Source: an uncultured Thermotogae bacterium (GTDB lineage Bacteria > Bipolaricaulota > Bipolaricaulia > M55B111). Taken from it: 42,277 nt of DNA. The notes under the pieces are model-generated. The model saw only the letters and a list, made by a program, of their open reading frames with translations, was not told the origin of the DNA and searched no databases. Positions 27,393 through 34,971 of the stretch are shown piece after piece. The stretch's first letter is position 1. Every line of letters begins with the position of its first letter. A program made the translations under genes and the position numbers. The stretch lies in assembly GCA_964599005.1 (NCBI GenBank), contig CAZRDU010000001.1, forward strand, positions 1-42,277. The letters are read 5' to 3'.

Positions 27393-28694
27393 TTATTCTT
27401 CCTCTTCAAGGATCTTCGCAGGGACAAACCTGCCATCTTTTACTGCTATTCGTTCAGTATGATCCGTTACGATTTCCCCATCTTCTATCTTCCAGACGTT
27501 AATCGGTGAAACGACATCTCCTTCTTTGTTAAAGTCAACTGAACCGGCAGCTCCCTGATAATTTATATCCTTACCTTCCTGAAGTAATTCAAATGCCTTC
27601 TGAAAGCCTTCTGCACCGGCGTAGACCTTTTCGCCCGGAGGATTAGCCACAAAACGAAGGTTGTCCCTGATTGCTTTGGAGCTAGTGTCTCCGGCTTTCA
27701 CCATTGCAAGACCGATTACTGCAGTTGCATCGTAAGCATTTGTCATAAAGGGTTTCGGAGGCGTGGAACCGTATTCTTCAGTGTAAGTTTCCTTAAACGT
27801 CTCTGCGGAAGGAATATCTTTGGAGCCCGGAACAGTTCCGTAAGTCCCGTTTAGGAATTTTGCTCCCACGTTCTCAACCAATTCAGGTGCTTTCATTCCA
27901 TCCGGAAAGATGAACTCGTTTATGTAGCCACCCGATATCGATTGCCTGATAATATTTGCCCCATTCTCCGGATAACCAATCAGAACGAGGACTTCCGGAT
28001 CTTTCTTGGTTGCTTCAGCCAGCTCGCCCCTGTAAGAAGCCTTGCCTTTCTGGTAAGGAACCTGTGCCAGTACTTTTCCGCCTCTTTCTTCGAACCAGCT
28101 TGCTGTCGCATCAGCTAACCCTTTACCGTAATCGTTATTTACGTAGATAATGGATAAATCTTCATAATTAAGGTCCTTGGCCAGCTGTCCGATGATCACG
28201 CCCTGAAGAGCGTCAGAAGGAACAGTTCTAAAGACGTAATCATCGTCATTCAACTGCGTCAACTGGGGAGACGTCGAAGACGGTGAAATCTGAACGACCT
28301 CATTTGGCACGGAGACACTCTCCGCAACAGGCATGGAAACACCGCTCGAAAGCGCTCCAACAAATGCGGGCACTCCGTCGACCGAAACCAGCTTCTTTGC
28401 CGCGTCAACCCCACTGGTCGGATCGGTTTTCGTATCACGGGTAATGATTTTTATCTTTTTACCCATGATTCCGCCCGCTTCGTTCAAATGTTTGGCCGCC
28501 AGAAGAACTCCTCTATTAATCGGTGGGCCATAAGAAGCAAGTGCTCCACTCATTGCCATCAGAGAACCAATCTTGACCTTATCGTCCGCTGCCTGAACGC
28601 CGGCACTCGGAATAACAAGAGCCGCCATTAGAACAAAGACGATTCCGACTAGAAGTCGTGATGAACTACTTTGAATATTCTTCATTTTTATCAC
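27393..28694 (-). CDS. livK: Branched-chain amino acid ABC transporter substrate-binding protein (LivJ/K-like)
   Basis: Signal peptide (LLVGIVFVLMAALVIPSAGVQA). Then KIGSLMAMSGALASYGPPINRGVLLAAKHLNEAGGIMGKKIKIITRDTKTDP, a type-I periplasmic binding fold of the LIV family. GTG start with GGAGGG 6 nt upstream. Confidence 0.85.
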   Translation of the reverse strand: MIKMKNIQSSSSRLLVGIVFVLMAALVIPSAGVQAADDKVKIGSLMAMSGALASYGPPINRGVLLAAKHLNEAGGIMGKKIKIITRDTKTDPTSGVDAAKKLVSVDGVPAFVGALSSGVSMPVAESVSVPNEVVQISPSSTSPQLTQLNDDDYVFRTVPSDALQGVIIGQLAKDLNYEDLSIIYVNNDYGKGLADATASWFEERGGKVLAQVPYQKGKASYRGELAEATKKDPEVLVLIGYPENGANIIRQSISGGYINEFIFPDGMKAPELVENVGAKFLNGTYGTVPGSKDIPSAETFKETYTEEYGSTPPKPFMTNAYDATAVIGLAMVKAGDTSSKAIRDNLRFVANPPGEKVYAGAEGFQKAFELLQEGKDINYQGAAGSVDFNKEGDVVSPINVWKIEDGEIVTDHTERIAVKDGRFVPAKILEEEE

Positions 28695-28725
28695 TATTTA
28701 CCCTCCAATTGATTTAATTGATCGG

Positions 28726-28754
28726 ATTATAATGAAAATAACACAACTTCACAA
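28726..28754 (-). promoter_or_regulatory. Candidate promoter of the livK-like gene
   Basis: On the minus strand: TTGTGA (28754..28749), 17-nt spacer, TATAAT (28731..28726), about 30 nt upstream of the start codon. Confidence 0.45.
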
Positions 28755-28921
28755 GATTAATAGTTGACATTAAAACAACTACCTACCCCTGAACAACGTT
28801 CTTGTTAGATAGAAAAGTATAACGCTGGATATTTTGAAAAGCATTGCTCTGGGCCTTACAGAGGAAAATTACCCAGGGCAAAACGGCTTTAAGCTCAAAT
28901 GATCTAACTTTCTCGAACGAG

Positions 28922-29710
28922 TTAATGCATGGTCAACAACAACTCATCATCCACTATATCCCTTTGAGAGAAAAGATCCACCAGTTTATCCACGGTAAGT
29001 TGCTCTTTTCGTTCGCCGCGCACGCTGGCAATAAGCGAACCCCTGTGCAGCATTACCAGCCTGCTTCCGAGATCTATTGCCTGGTTCATGTCGTGGGTCA
29101 CCATCACAGTGGTGAGCTCCTTTTCCTTAACCAGCCTTTCCGTTATTTCAAGAATCTTCCCCGCGTTCTTTGGGTCCAGTGAAGCCGTATGTTCGTCCAG
29201 CAGAAGAACTTTAGGCATAGTCAGTGTTGCCATCAAAACGGCCAATGCCTGGCGCTGTCCGCCGGAAAGATGTAACACTTTTTCGTCAAGACGATCTTCA
29301 AGGCCAAGTCCAAGCTGACCCAGCTCATCTTTGAATCTTTTTCTCCGGCTTCCAGTAACGCCAACACCCAGACCTTTATGGCCCTTGTTCAAAGCGAGTA
29401 CAAGGTTTTGAGCCACGGTCATCCCGGAAGCCGTACCCTGACCGGGTTCCTGAAATACCCGTCCTACCAGATGAGCCCGTTCGTGTTCTGGCATTTCAGT
29501 AACTTCCTCACCATCAAGAAATATGTCTCCTTTTGTGGGAAAAAGAGTACCGGCGATCAAATTCAGGAATGTTGTCTTCCCTGCCCCATTACTTCCAATC
29601 ACGGTCAAAAACTCTCCGTTGGATAGCTCCAGATCCAGCTCGTCGATAGCCGTTAGTTCGTTCGGAGTTCCCGGAAAGAACTGTTTAGTTAAATTATTTA
29701 CCCTTAACAT
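28922..29710 (-). CDS. ABC transporter ATP-binding protein (third gene of the PF04392-type importer operon)
   Basis: Walker A is VIGSNGAGKTTFLNLIAG, the signature is LSGGQRQALAV, and Walker B is LLLDEHTASLD. Length 262 aa. Confidence 0.88.
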   Translation of the reverse strand: MLRVNNLTKQFFPGTPNELTAIDELDLELSNGEFLTVIGSNGAGKTTFLNLIAGTLFPTKGDIFLDGEEVTEMPEHERAHLVGRVFQEPGQGTASGMTVAQNLVLALNKGHKGLGVGVTGSRRKRFKDELGQLGLGLEDRLDEKVLHLSGGQRQALAVLMATLTMPKVLLLDEHTASLDPKNAGKILEITERLVKEKELTTVMVTHDMNQAIDLGSRLVMLHRGSLIASVRGERKEQLTVDKLVDLFSQRDIVDDELLLTMH

Positions 29711-29726
29711 ATCTGAACACCTTTGT

Positions 29727-30638
29727 TTAAAATAGACCTATGCGTTCGCTGAGCTTTAGGTTTAGCTTGTCGCGAACCTGAGGGGTCGCGAGAGCCACAA
29801 TCACGATAAGCGCAGTAATTAACTTGAGGTCACTCGCCTTGAAGCCAAGGTTGTAACCGTAACGCAACGCAAGCATAATTGCCGTTCGATAAATGATCGA
29901 TCCGGTTATTACGCCAGTAGTTACCCACAAAAAGCTCTTTGTAGGTAGAAGCGTTTCTCCGACAATCACCGAAGCCAGTCCTGCAATTATCATACCAATA
30001 CCCATACCGACATCGGCAAACCCGGAGTATTGAGCCACTAACCCCCCCGACAGTGCCACTAAACCGTTGGAAATTGCCAGACCAAGTACCTTCATAGTAT
30101 CGGTATTGACGCCCTGAGCCAGGATCATTTGCTCGTTATCACCGGTTGCCCTGAGTGCCAGGCCCAGCTCGGTATTGAAAAAAAGATCCAGTAATAATTT
30201 AATCACAATCAAAACCAGGCCAAAAAATATCAGGTTGCTATACTCGCCCAGTCCAATTTGAGACATGGGCCCGCGAAAGTAATCGAGAACTGTATCCTGA
30301 CCAATTAGCGGTATGTTGGGTCTCCCCATTATCCTGAGGTTCACCGAGTACAGCAAAGTCATTGTCAGGATACCGGCCAGTAAATTTAGTATATTCAGCT
30401 TGGTGCTCAATAGACCGGTGAAAATACCTGCCAGCATACCACCAAGTATCCCGATCAAGAGGGCAAGAAACGGATTCCACCCGCTGACCGTGAGGGCAGC
30501 AGTGATCCCAGCACCGGTTGTAAAACTACCATCGACCGTAAGGTCGGGGAAATCCAGCACACGAAAAGTTATCAGAACTCCCAGGGCCATTAGTCCGTAG
30601 ACCATCCCTTGTTCAAGAGCATCGATTATCAGAGACAT
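29727..30638 (-). CDS. ABC transporter permease (second gene of the importer operon)
   Basis: 303 aa polytopic protein. MSLIIDALEQGMVYGLMALGVLITFRVLDFPDLTVDGSFTTGA is typical of the permeases that accompany PF04392-type binding proteins. Confidence 0.85.
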   Translation of the reverse strand: MSLIIDALEQGMVYGLMALGVLITFRVLDFPDLTVDGSFTTGAGITAALTVSGWNPFLALLIGILGGMLAGIFTGLLSTKLNILNLLAGILTMTLLYSVNLRIMGRPNIPLIGQDTVLDYFRGPMSQIGLGEYSNLIFFGLVLIVIKLLLDLFFNTELGLALRATGDNEQMILAQGVNTDTMKVLGLAISNGLVALSGGLVAQYSGFADVGMGIGMIIAGLASVIVGETLLPTKSFLWVTTGVITGSIIYRTAIMLALRYGYNLGFKASDLKLITALIVIVALATPQVRDKLNLKLSERIGLF

Positions 30639-30695
30639 TTAGGTTCAATCACCTTGATAGTCAAATTATCCTGAGCCGAAACAACAGAGGATTAA

Positions 30696-30721
30696 GGGGT
30701 CCGCAAACTATCACGGACCCC
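30696..30721 (-). other. Intra-operon GC-rich hairpin between the binding-protein and permease genes
   Basis: GGGGTCCG / CGGACCCC is a perfect 8-bp stem with a 10-nt loop. It lies 23 nt downstream of the binding-protein stop codon on the minus strand. Confidence 0.55.
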
Positions 30722-30743
30722 GATACACTAAATTAGGTTAATA

Positions 30744-31781
30744 TTACTCCGCACCTTTCTTTACCCAGACTTCACCACCCAGAACAAATTGATCCGCCAT
30801 TTTTAGTACGTCTTCCGGGAACTGATAGTCTATGTCCCTGGCGTAATCCAGATTAAGCGCCAGCGATAGGTCTTCCGCCTGCATTACCTGAATAGGAATC
30901 TCGTTCGGCGCTTTTCCTCCCATTGCTTCCAGCAGGATATCTCCAGCACGAAGCCCGTGATCATAGTAATCAAAACCGTAACCGGCAAGTGAACCTTCTT
31001 TTACGCTTGTTGGATCCGCTACCACGAGAGGAATCCCTTCTTCCTTGGCGACCTTGGAAACTACCGGGAGTGCCGAGACTACCGTATTGTCCGTGGAGAT
31101 CCAGATAGCATCCACCCTTCCTTTGAGAGACTGTGCGGCTGAATTTACGGCGGCGCTGCTGCTAGCCGTGGCTTCAACCAGTTTTATTCCCATTTCTTTT
31201 GTGGCTTTCCGGGCCAATTCAGTCAGAAAGGACGAATTTGCCTCACCGGAATTAAATATGTTTCCGACCTTTTCCACGGAAGGCACGAGTTTCTTTATAA
31301 GTTCGAACTGTGCTTTGACTGGTACTTGATCAGAAATACCGGTGATATTGCCGTTTTCTTCGGGATTTTCGTAGTTTTCGAAGCTTTCCACTAGACCTGC
31401 TTCGACAAAATTGGTAACTGCGGACACGATCAGCGGCGTCTCTTTCAAGACCTGAGCGGCGGCAACTGAAGTCGGAGTAGCAATAGATACGACGTAATCT
31501 ACCCCCTCCGCCTTAAAAGTTTGGGCAATCGAAATCGCATTATTCATGTCTCCCTGAGCGTTTTTTAACAAAAATTTGACGTCTTCGCCCCGCTCGTAAC
31601 CTGCCGAAGTAACTTTATCGATAACCGCGTCCCGAACGGCATTAAGTGCCGGATGTTCCACTATCTGAGTTATACCAACCTTTACCGGCTCCTCACCCAA
31701 GGTGCTGACAGCTGAAAAAATAAATAACGATAAAACAAGGAAAAACGTGATCAAATACTTGCTGGCTGACGAAATATTCAT
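30744..31781 (-). CDS. ABC transporter substrate-binding protein, ABC_sub_bind (PF04392/COG2984-like) family
   Basis: Signal peptide (KYLITFFLVLSLFIFSAVSTLG). Then VKVGITQIVEHPALNAVRDAVIDKV...GYERGEDVKF..KNAQGDMNNAISIAQTF....VDYVVSIATP is the family pattern. GGAGGT lies upstream of the ATG at 31781. Confidence 0.82.
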   Translation of the reverse strand: MNISSASKYLITFFLVLSLFIFSAVSTLGEEPVKVGITQIVEHPALNAVRDAVIDKVTSAGYERGEDVKFLLKNAQGDMNNAISIAQTFKAEGVDYVVSIATPTSVAAAQVLKETPLIVSAVTNFVEAGLVESFENYENPEENGNITGISDQVPVKAQFELIKKLVPSVEKVGNIFNSGEANSSFLTELARKATKEMGIKLVEATASSSAAVNSAAQSLKGRVDAIWISTDNTVVSALPVVSKVAKEEGIPLVVADPTSVKEGSLAGYGFDYYDHGLRAGDILLEAMGGKAPNEIPIQVMQAEDLSLALNLDYARDIDYQFPEDVLKMADQFVLGGEVWVKKGAE

Positions 31782-31851
31782 GAATACCTCCTTTTAAATC
31801 CAGGATTTGAGTCTCAATTTTCCACTAACCTCAGCTAATTGACCCCACGCC

Positions 31852-31887
31852 TCAAATAAAAAAAGCTATAGGAAAATCCTATAGCTT
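31852..31887 (-). terminator. Intrinsic terminator inside the 5' leader of the ABC importer operon
   Basis: On the minus strand, AAGCTATAGGA-ttt-TCCTATAGCTT forms a perfect 11-bp stem and is followed directly by TTTTTTTATTT. The terminator ends 70 nt before the start codon at 31781. Confidence 0.7.
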
Positions 31888-31894
31888 ATTTAAT

Positions 31895-31932
31895 CTAGGG
31901 ATACCCAGTAAAATATATGGGTTACTCCCTAG
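31895..31932 (-). other. Imperfect 13-bp hairpin immediately upstream of the leader terminator
   Basis: On the minus strand, CTAGGGAGTAACCCA (31932..31918) pairs with TGGGTATCCCTAG (31907..31895), leaving two single-nt bulges and a 10-nt loop. The 5' arm contains the stop codon of the upstream small ORF. Confidence 0.55.
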
Positions 31933-32024
31933 AAACTTTTATACCAATAATAAGAGTAGCCGGCCAGGCTAAAGGTAAGCGCCTCGATCACCTCACTGGA
32001 AAGTAAACTGATTTTAGTGAACAT
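31929..32024 (-). CDS. Candidate 31-codon leader peptide / small ORF (MFTKISLLSSEVIEALTFSLAGYSYYWYKSF)
   Basis: Not in the ORF track because it is too short; found by hand translation. ATG at 32024..32022, preceded by GGGTG 4 nt upstream. TAG stop at 31931..31929. Codon phase was checked base by base. The last nine codons hold 4 Tyr, 1 Trp and 1 Phe. Confidence 0.3.
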   Translation of the reverse strand: MFTKISLLSSEVIEALTFSLAGYSYYWYKSF

Positions 32025-32063
32025 TTTACACCCTTTATTCGGCAATAGTTTAATGTATGACTT

Positions 32064-32092
32064 ATAATATCGCAATAAGGTTGAGATGTCAA
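32064..32092 (-). promoter_or_regulatory. Near-consensus sigma70-type promoter driving the leader and ABC importer operon
   Basis: On the minus strand: TTGACA (32092..32087), 17-nt spacer, TATTAT (32069..32064). Confidence 0.55.
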
Positions 32093-32215
32093 TTCCATAT
32101 TTCGAGGGTAAACTACGGAATCACGCGGTGAGAACTTCTCCAGAAAGCAAAATAAGTTTCAATATCCCACAAAATAAAGAAAGAGGAGGGTAAATCCCTG
32201 CTATATACCAAACAG

Positions 32216-33097
32216 TTATTCGGAGGATTCGTCTTCGTTCCCTTCTCCGGTTCCAACAACCCGCTTAAGTGCTTCCAGAGCAACTTCAATCTGTTCTTCC
32301 GAAGGTTCGCGGGTGGTTATCTTCTGTAACATTAAACCAGGAAACAGAAACGGTTTGACCATAGGATTGTCAGCGTGTTTACCGGAAAACTGGAGTATCT
32401 CGTAAGAAACACCAGCTACTACGGGGAGGAGTAAGATTCTCGATACGATCTTTATTAGAAGAGAAGGGTTTCCAACCAGGGAAAATGTCAAGATTGCGAC
32501 GATTAGAACTATCATCAAAAAAGCGGTCCCGCATCTCGGGTGCAGAGTGCTATAATCTTTTGCCTCGTCTACCTCTAACTCTTTTCCGTTTTCGTAGGTG
32601 TAGACTGACTTGTGTTCGGCCCCGTGGTACTGGAACACTCGCTTTATATCTTCAAAGAAAGTTATCCCGGCCAGGTAAAGCAGAAAGAAGGCTATTCTGA
32701 TAAACCCTTCAACCAGGTTAAACAATAAAGGATTTCCCTGGTTTAAACCCCAGAGATTATTCGTAGCCCAGACAGGAAGAACTACGAAAAAACCAATCGC
32801 TACTAAAAAAGCAACCCCGGTAGTTAAAACGGATTCCTTTGTCCCAAAATCCTCTTCCTCGTCTTCCAGGGCGATCTCCGCGGACAGGTTAAGAGCCCTG
32901 ATCCCGGTGCTCATCATATCGTAAAGGTTAAATATACCTCTCACGAAAGGTATATTACTCAGACTCTTGAATTTATCCCTTGGCTCTAGATCCTCAACTA
33001 CTATTTCCCCGTCCGAAGCACGCCTTACTGCTACGGAGATATCATCCCCGTTTCTCATCAACACGCCTTCAATTACAGCCTGCCCGCCTACTGCCAT
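32216..33097 (-). CDS. DUF1385 domain-containing membrane protein
   Basis: MAVGGQAVIEGVLMRNGD..SVAVRR..G.I is the hallmark N-terminus. It also has ...YHGAEHK......G......V......HPRCGT and several TM segments. It sits next to rpmE, as is common for this family. Confidence 0.88.
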   Translation of the reverse strand: MAVGGQAVIEGVLMRNGDDISVAVRRASDGEIVVEDLEPRDKFKSLSNIPFVRGIFNLYDMMSTGIRALNLSAEIALEDEEEDFGTKESVLTTGVAFLVAIGFFVVLPVWATNNLWGLNQGNPLLFNLVEGFIRIAFFLLYLAGITFFEDIKRVFQYHGAEHKSVYTYENGKELEVDEAKDYSTLHPRCGTAFLMIVLIVAILTFSLVGNPSLLIKIVSRILLLPVVAGVSYEILQFSGKHADNPMVKPFLFPGLMLQKITTREPSEEQIEVALEALKRVVGTGEGNEDESSE

Positions 33098-33139
33098 GGG
33101 TAAACCTCAAAACCGGGACCGAAAATCAACTCTAGCTTC

Positions 33140-33427
33140 TTATTCCTGCTCCTCTTCTTCCTCTTCCTCGTCTCTTGCTTCAACTTCTCCCGACTCTTCT
33201 TCGACTTCCTCTTCCGGTTCTTCTTCCTCGTTAAGTCCGTATTTTTTCTCGAACTTGCTAATTCTTCCCTCCGAATCGAGAAACCTGTCTCCACCGGAAA
33301 AGAAAGGATGACACTCAGAGCAAACGTCAACGTGCAGATCTTCTTTGGTAGATAAGGTTTCAAAAGTATTACCGCACGCACATTTGACGGTGACTTCTTC
33401 TAATTCTGGATGAATTCCTTCTTTCAT
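33140..33427 (-). CDS. rpmE: 50S ribosomal protein L31 (Zn-ribbon type) with a 30-residue polyacidic C-terminal tail
   Basis: MKEGIHPELEEVTVKCACGNTFETLSTKEDLHVDVCSECHPFFSG aligns with canonical L31, including C-x-C...C-x-x-C. The start is set at the ATG at 33427 (GGAGTG upstream), not at the ORF-track start 33556, which would overlap rpsI. Confidence 0.9.
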   Translation of the reverse strand: MKEGIHPELEEVTVKCACGNTFETLSTKEDLHVDVCSECHPFFSGGDRFLDSEGRISKFEKKYGLNEEEEPEEEVEEESGEVEARDEEEEEEEQE

Positions 33428-33494
33428 TTTTGCTTCACTCCATTCAAAAAAAACTGATTCCTGTAAGCTATGAGAGCGAGGTAAAGGGTTGAGA

Positions 33495-33917
33495 TTAACG
33501 TTTGGAGAACTGTTGACCTCTTCTCGCTTTGTGCTTACCGACTTTCTTCCTCTCAACCATGCGAGGATCTCTAGTAAGAAGCCCTTCCTGCTTAAGATCT
33601 TTTTTATACTCGTCGCCCAGTGCCGTCATTGCACGTGCTATACCGTGCTGCAACGCTTCGAGTTGAGCTTTGTAGCCGCCACCTTCGACATTCGCCTCTA
33701 CGTCAAAGTTATTTTCCGTTCCGGTGACGGAAAACGGCTTCCGAGCAACGAGGTTTAACATGTCCTCCGTGAATGGAAGAGCCTCAAAGTACTCAGTAGC
33801 GTCCTTACCGTTGATTTCCATATCTCCGTCTCCTCGCTCAAGATAAACTCGAGCCCGGGACTCTTTTCTCTTACCTACGCAATGTGCTCGTCCATGAACG
33901 ACTTTTGGTTCTGCCAT
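33495..33917 (-). CDS. rpsI: 30S ribosomal protein S9
   Basis: GKRKESRARVYL..G.G...ING......YF is followed by ...GGG..GQ..A...GIARAL and ends ...LTRDPRMVERKKVGKHKARRGQQFSKR, the canonical S9 C-terminus. Confidence 0.95.
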   Translation of the reverse strand: MAEPKVVHGRAHCVGKRKESRARVYLERGDGDMEINGKDATEYFEALPFTEDMLNLVARKPFSVTGTENNFDVEANVEGGGYKAQLEALQHGIARAMTALGDEYKKDLKQEGLLTRDPRMVERKKVGKHKARRGQQFSKR

Positions 33918-33958
33918 CTATAATTCTACCTCCGGTTGATCCCAGTGATTTCCTCATA

Positions 33959-33987
33959 ATAATATAGAACAGGAGTATATATTGCAA
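33959..33987 (-). promoter_or_regulatory. Candidate promoter of rpsI-rpmE
   Basis: On the minus strand: TTGCAA (33987..33982), 17-nt spacer, TATTAT (33964..33959), about 40 nt upstream of the rpsI ATG. Confidence 0.5.
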
Positions 33988-34080
33988 CTGGCTTAAACGG
34001 CTACCCTTCTTTAAATTTTAACAGTGGAAGTTTACCCCAAACCTCCATGGATAACCTTAATTCTTTATGACTGCACTCTC

Positions 34081-34971
34081 TCAATCAAAAGAGTCCTCGC
34101 ACCCCTCCCTAAAGTTTTTTTGGAAGACAAGGGCCAGGCGATCAAAATCTTCAAGAGTAAGCTCTTCCGGCCTCTTCCCCCCATTGATCGAAGCCTCTCC
34201 CAGCAAATTGTCTACTTCGTCTTTATTCAGTGAAAACTTTGGGGAAACAATTAACCCTTTTCGGGCAGTTTTTCGCCTGTAATTGAATAAACCCCGTATA
34301 AGAGAGAGGAAAATTTCGTCGCGACTATTAAATTTCTTATCTCCTCCGTACTTGATCTTTATAGTGGAGGAATCAACAGCCGGGGGAGGATAGAAGTCCT
34401 TCGGAGGTATATCCACAACATGGCTCACTTCTCCGTAGGCCTGGATATAGTAAGTTATTGCTCCGGAATTACTGGTACCGGGATCGGCCAGTATCCTTTC
34501 GGCGACCTCTTTCTGAACGGTAAAGACCGACTCCGAAAAGTATTCCCGGTTGGAAACTGCCTTCTTCAACACCCTGCCCGTCACGTTGTACGGAATATTG
34601 CCCACGAGCCGGGAGGATTTATTTTTCTCAAGATCCAGACCTTTAAAATCTAGATCCAAAAAATTAGCAGCAACAAAGTTGACAGAATCCTCGGGATTCA
34701 AATCCTTAAAAGGACCCCGAAACTTTTCATCTATCTCTACGGCAAACGTCTTCTCAAATCTATCCTTTATCTTACACGTCAAACTACCGGGCCCGGCGCC
34801 CACCTCTATCACGGTCCCGCCGCTTCTCACCGCAGTGGAAATTTTTTGCAGAACTGCTTCGTTAGTGAGAAAATGCTGCCCTTTATCCTTATCCGGACGC
34901 AAGTTGTGATACCGGAGAAAGCGTTTCAGTCCGTGCTCGTCGTAAATATCTTCGCAGTTAAAATCGCTCAA
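34081..34971 (-). CDS. rsmA: 16S rRNA (adenine1518-N6/adenine1519-N6)-dimethyltransferase
   Basis: KGQHFLTNEAVLQKI......GGTVIEVGAGPGSLT...VGNIPYN is the canonical RsmA/KsgA sequence. The start overlaps the upstream acyltransferase stop by 4 nt. Confidence 0.92.
   Translation of the reverse strand: MSDFNCEDIYDEHGLKRFLRYHNLRPDKDKGQHFLTNEAVLQKISTAVRSGGTVIEVGAGPGSLTCKIKDRFEKTFAVEIDEKFRGPFKDLNPEDSVNFVAANFLDLDFKGLDLEKNKSSRLVGNIPYNVTGRVLKKAVSNREYFSESVFTVQKEVAERILADPGTSNSGAITYYIQAYGEVSHVVDIPPKDFYPPPAVDSSTIKIKYGGDKKFNSRDEIFLSLIRGLFNYRRKTARKGLIVSPKFSLNKDEVDNLLGEASINGGKRPEELTLEDFDRLALVFQKNFREGCEDSFD

Noticed and set aside
28844-29182. 112-aa plus-strand ORF overlapping the 3' end of the ABC ATPase gene
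   Set aside because: It is antisense to a canonical ABC ATPase and has no motifs or SD.
31782-32092. A T-box, TRAP-binding (GAG/UAG repeat) or ykkC-type riboswitch in the importer leader
   Set aside because: I could not find the T-box GGTGGTACCGCG-like sequence or a stem I/specifier layout. There are only a few scattered GAG/TAG triplets, not 9-11 regularly spaced ones. CTAGGG is present, but the rest of the ykkC consensus is not. The leader is therefore reported as an unclassified candidate and needs cmsearch to confirm.
32967-33381. Overlapping low-complexity ORFs (32967..33311 plus strand, poly-Ser; 33088..33381 minus strand, Lys/Arg-rich)
   Set aside because: They are frame-shifted readings of the homopurine/homopyrimidine tract that encodes the polyacidic L31 tail, so they are artefacts.
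33140-33556. Long 138-aa version of the L31 ORF, starting at 33556
   Set aside because: Its first 43 codons overlap the 3' end of rpsI and have no similarity to L31. The internal ATG at 33427 has an SD and gives the canonical MKEGIHPE N-terminus.
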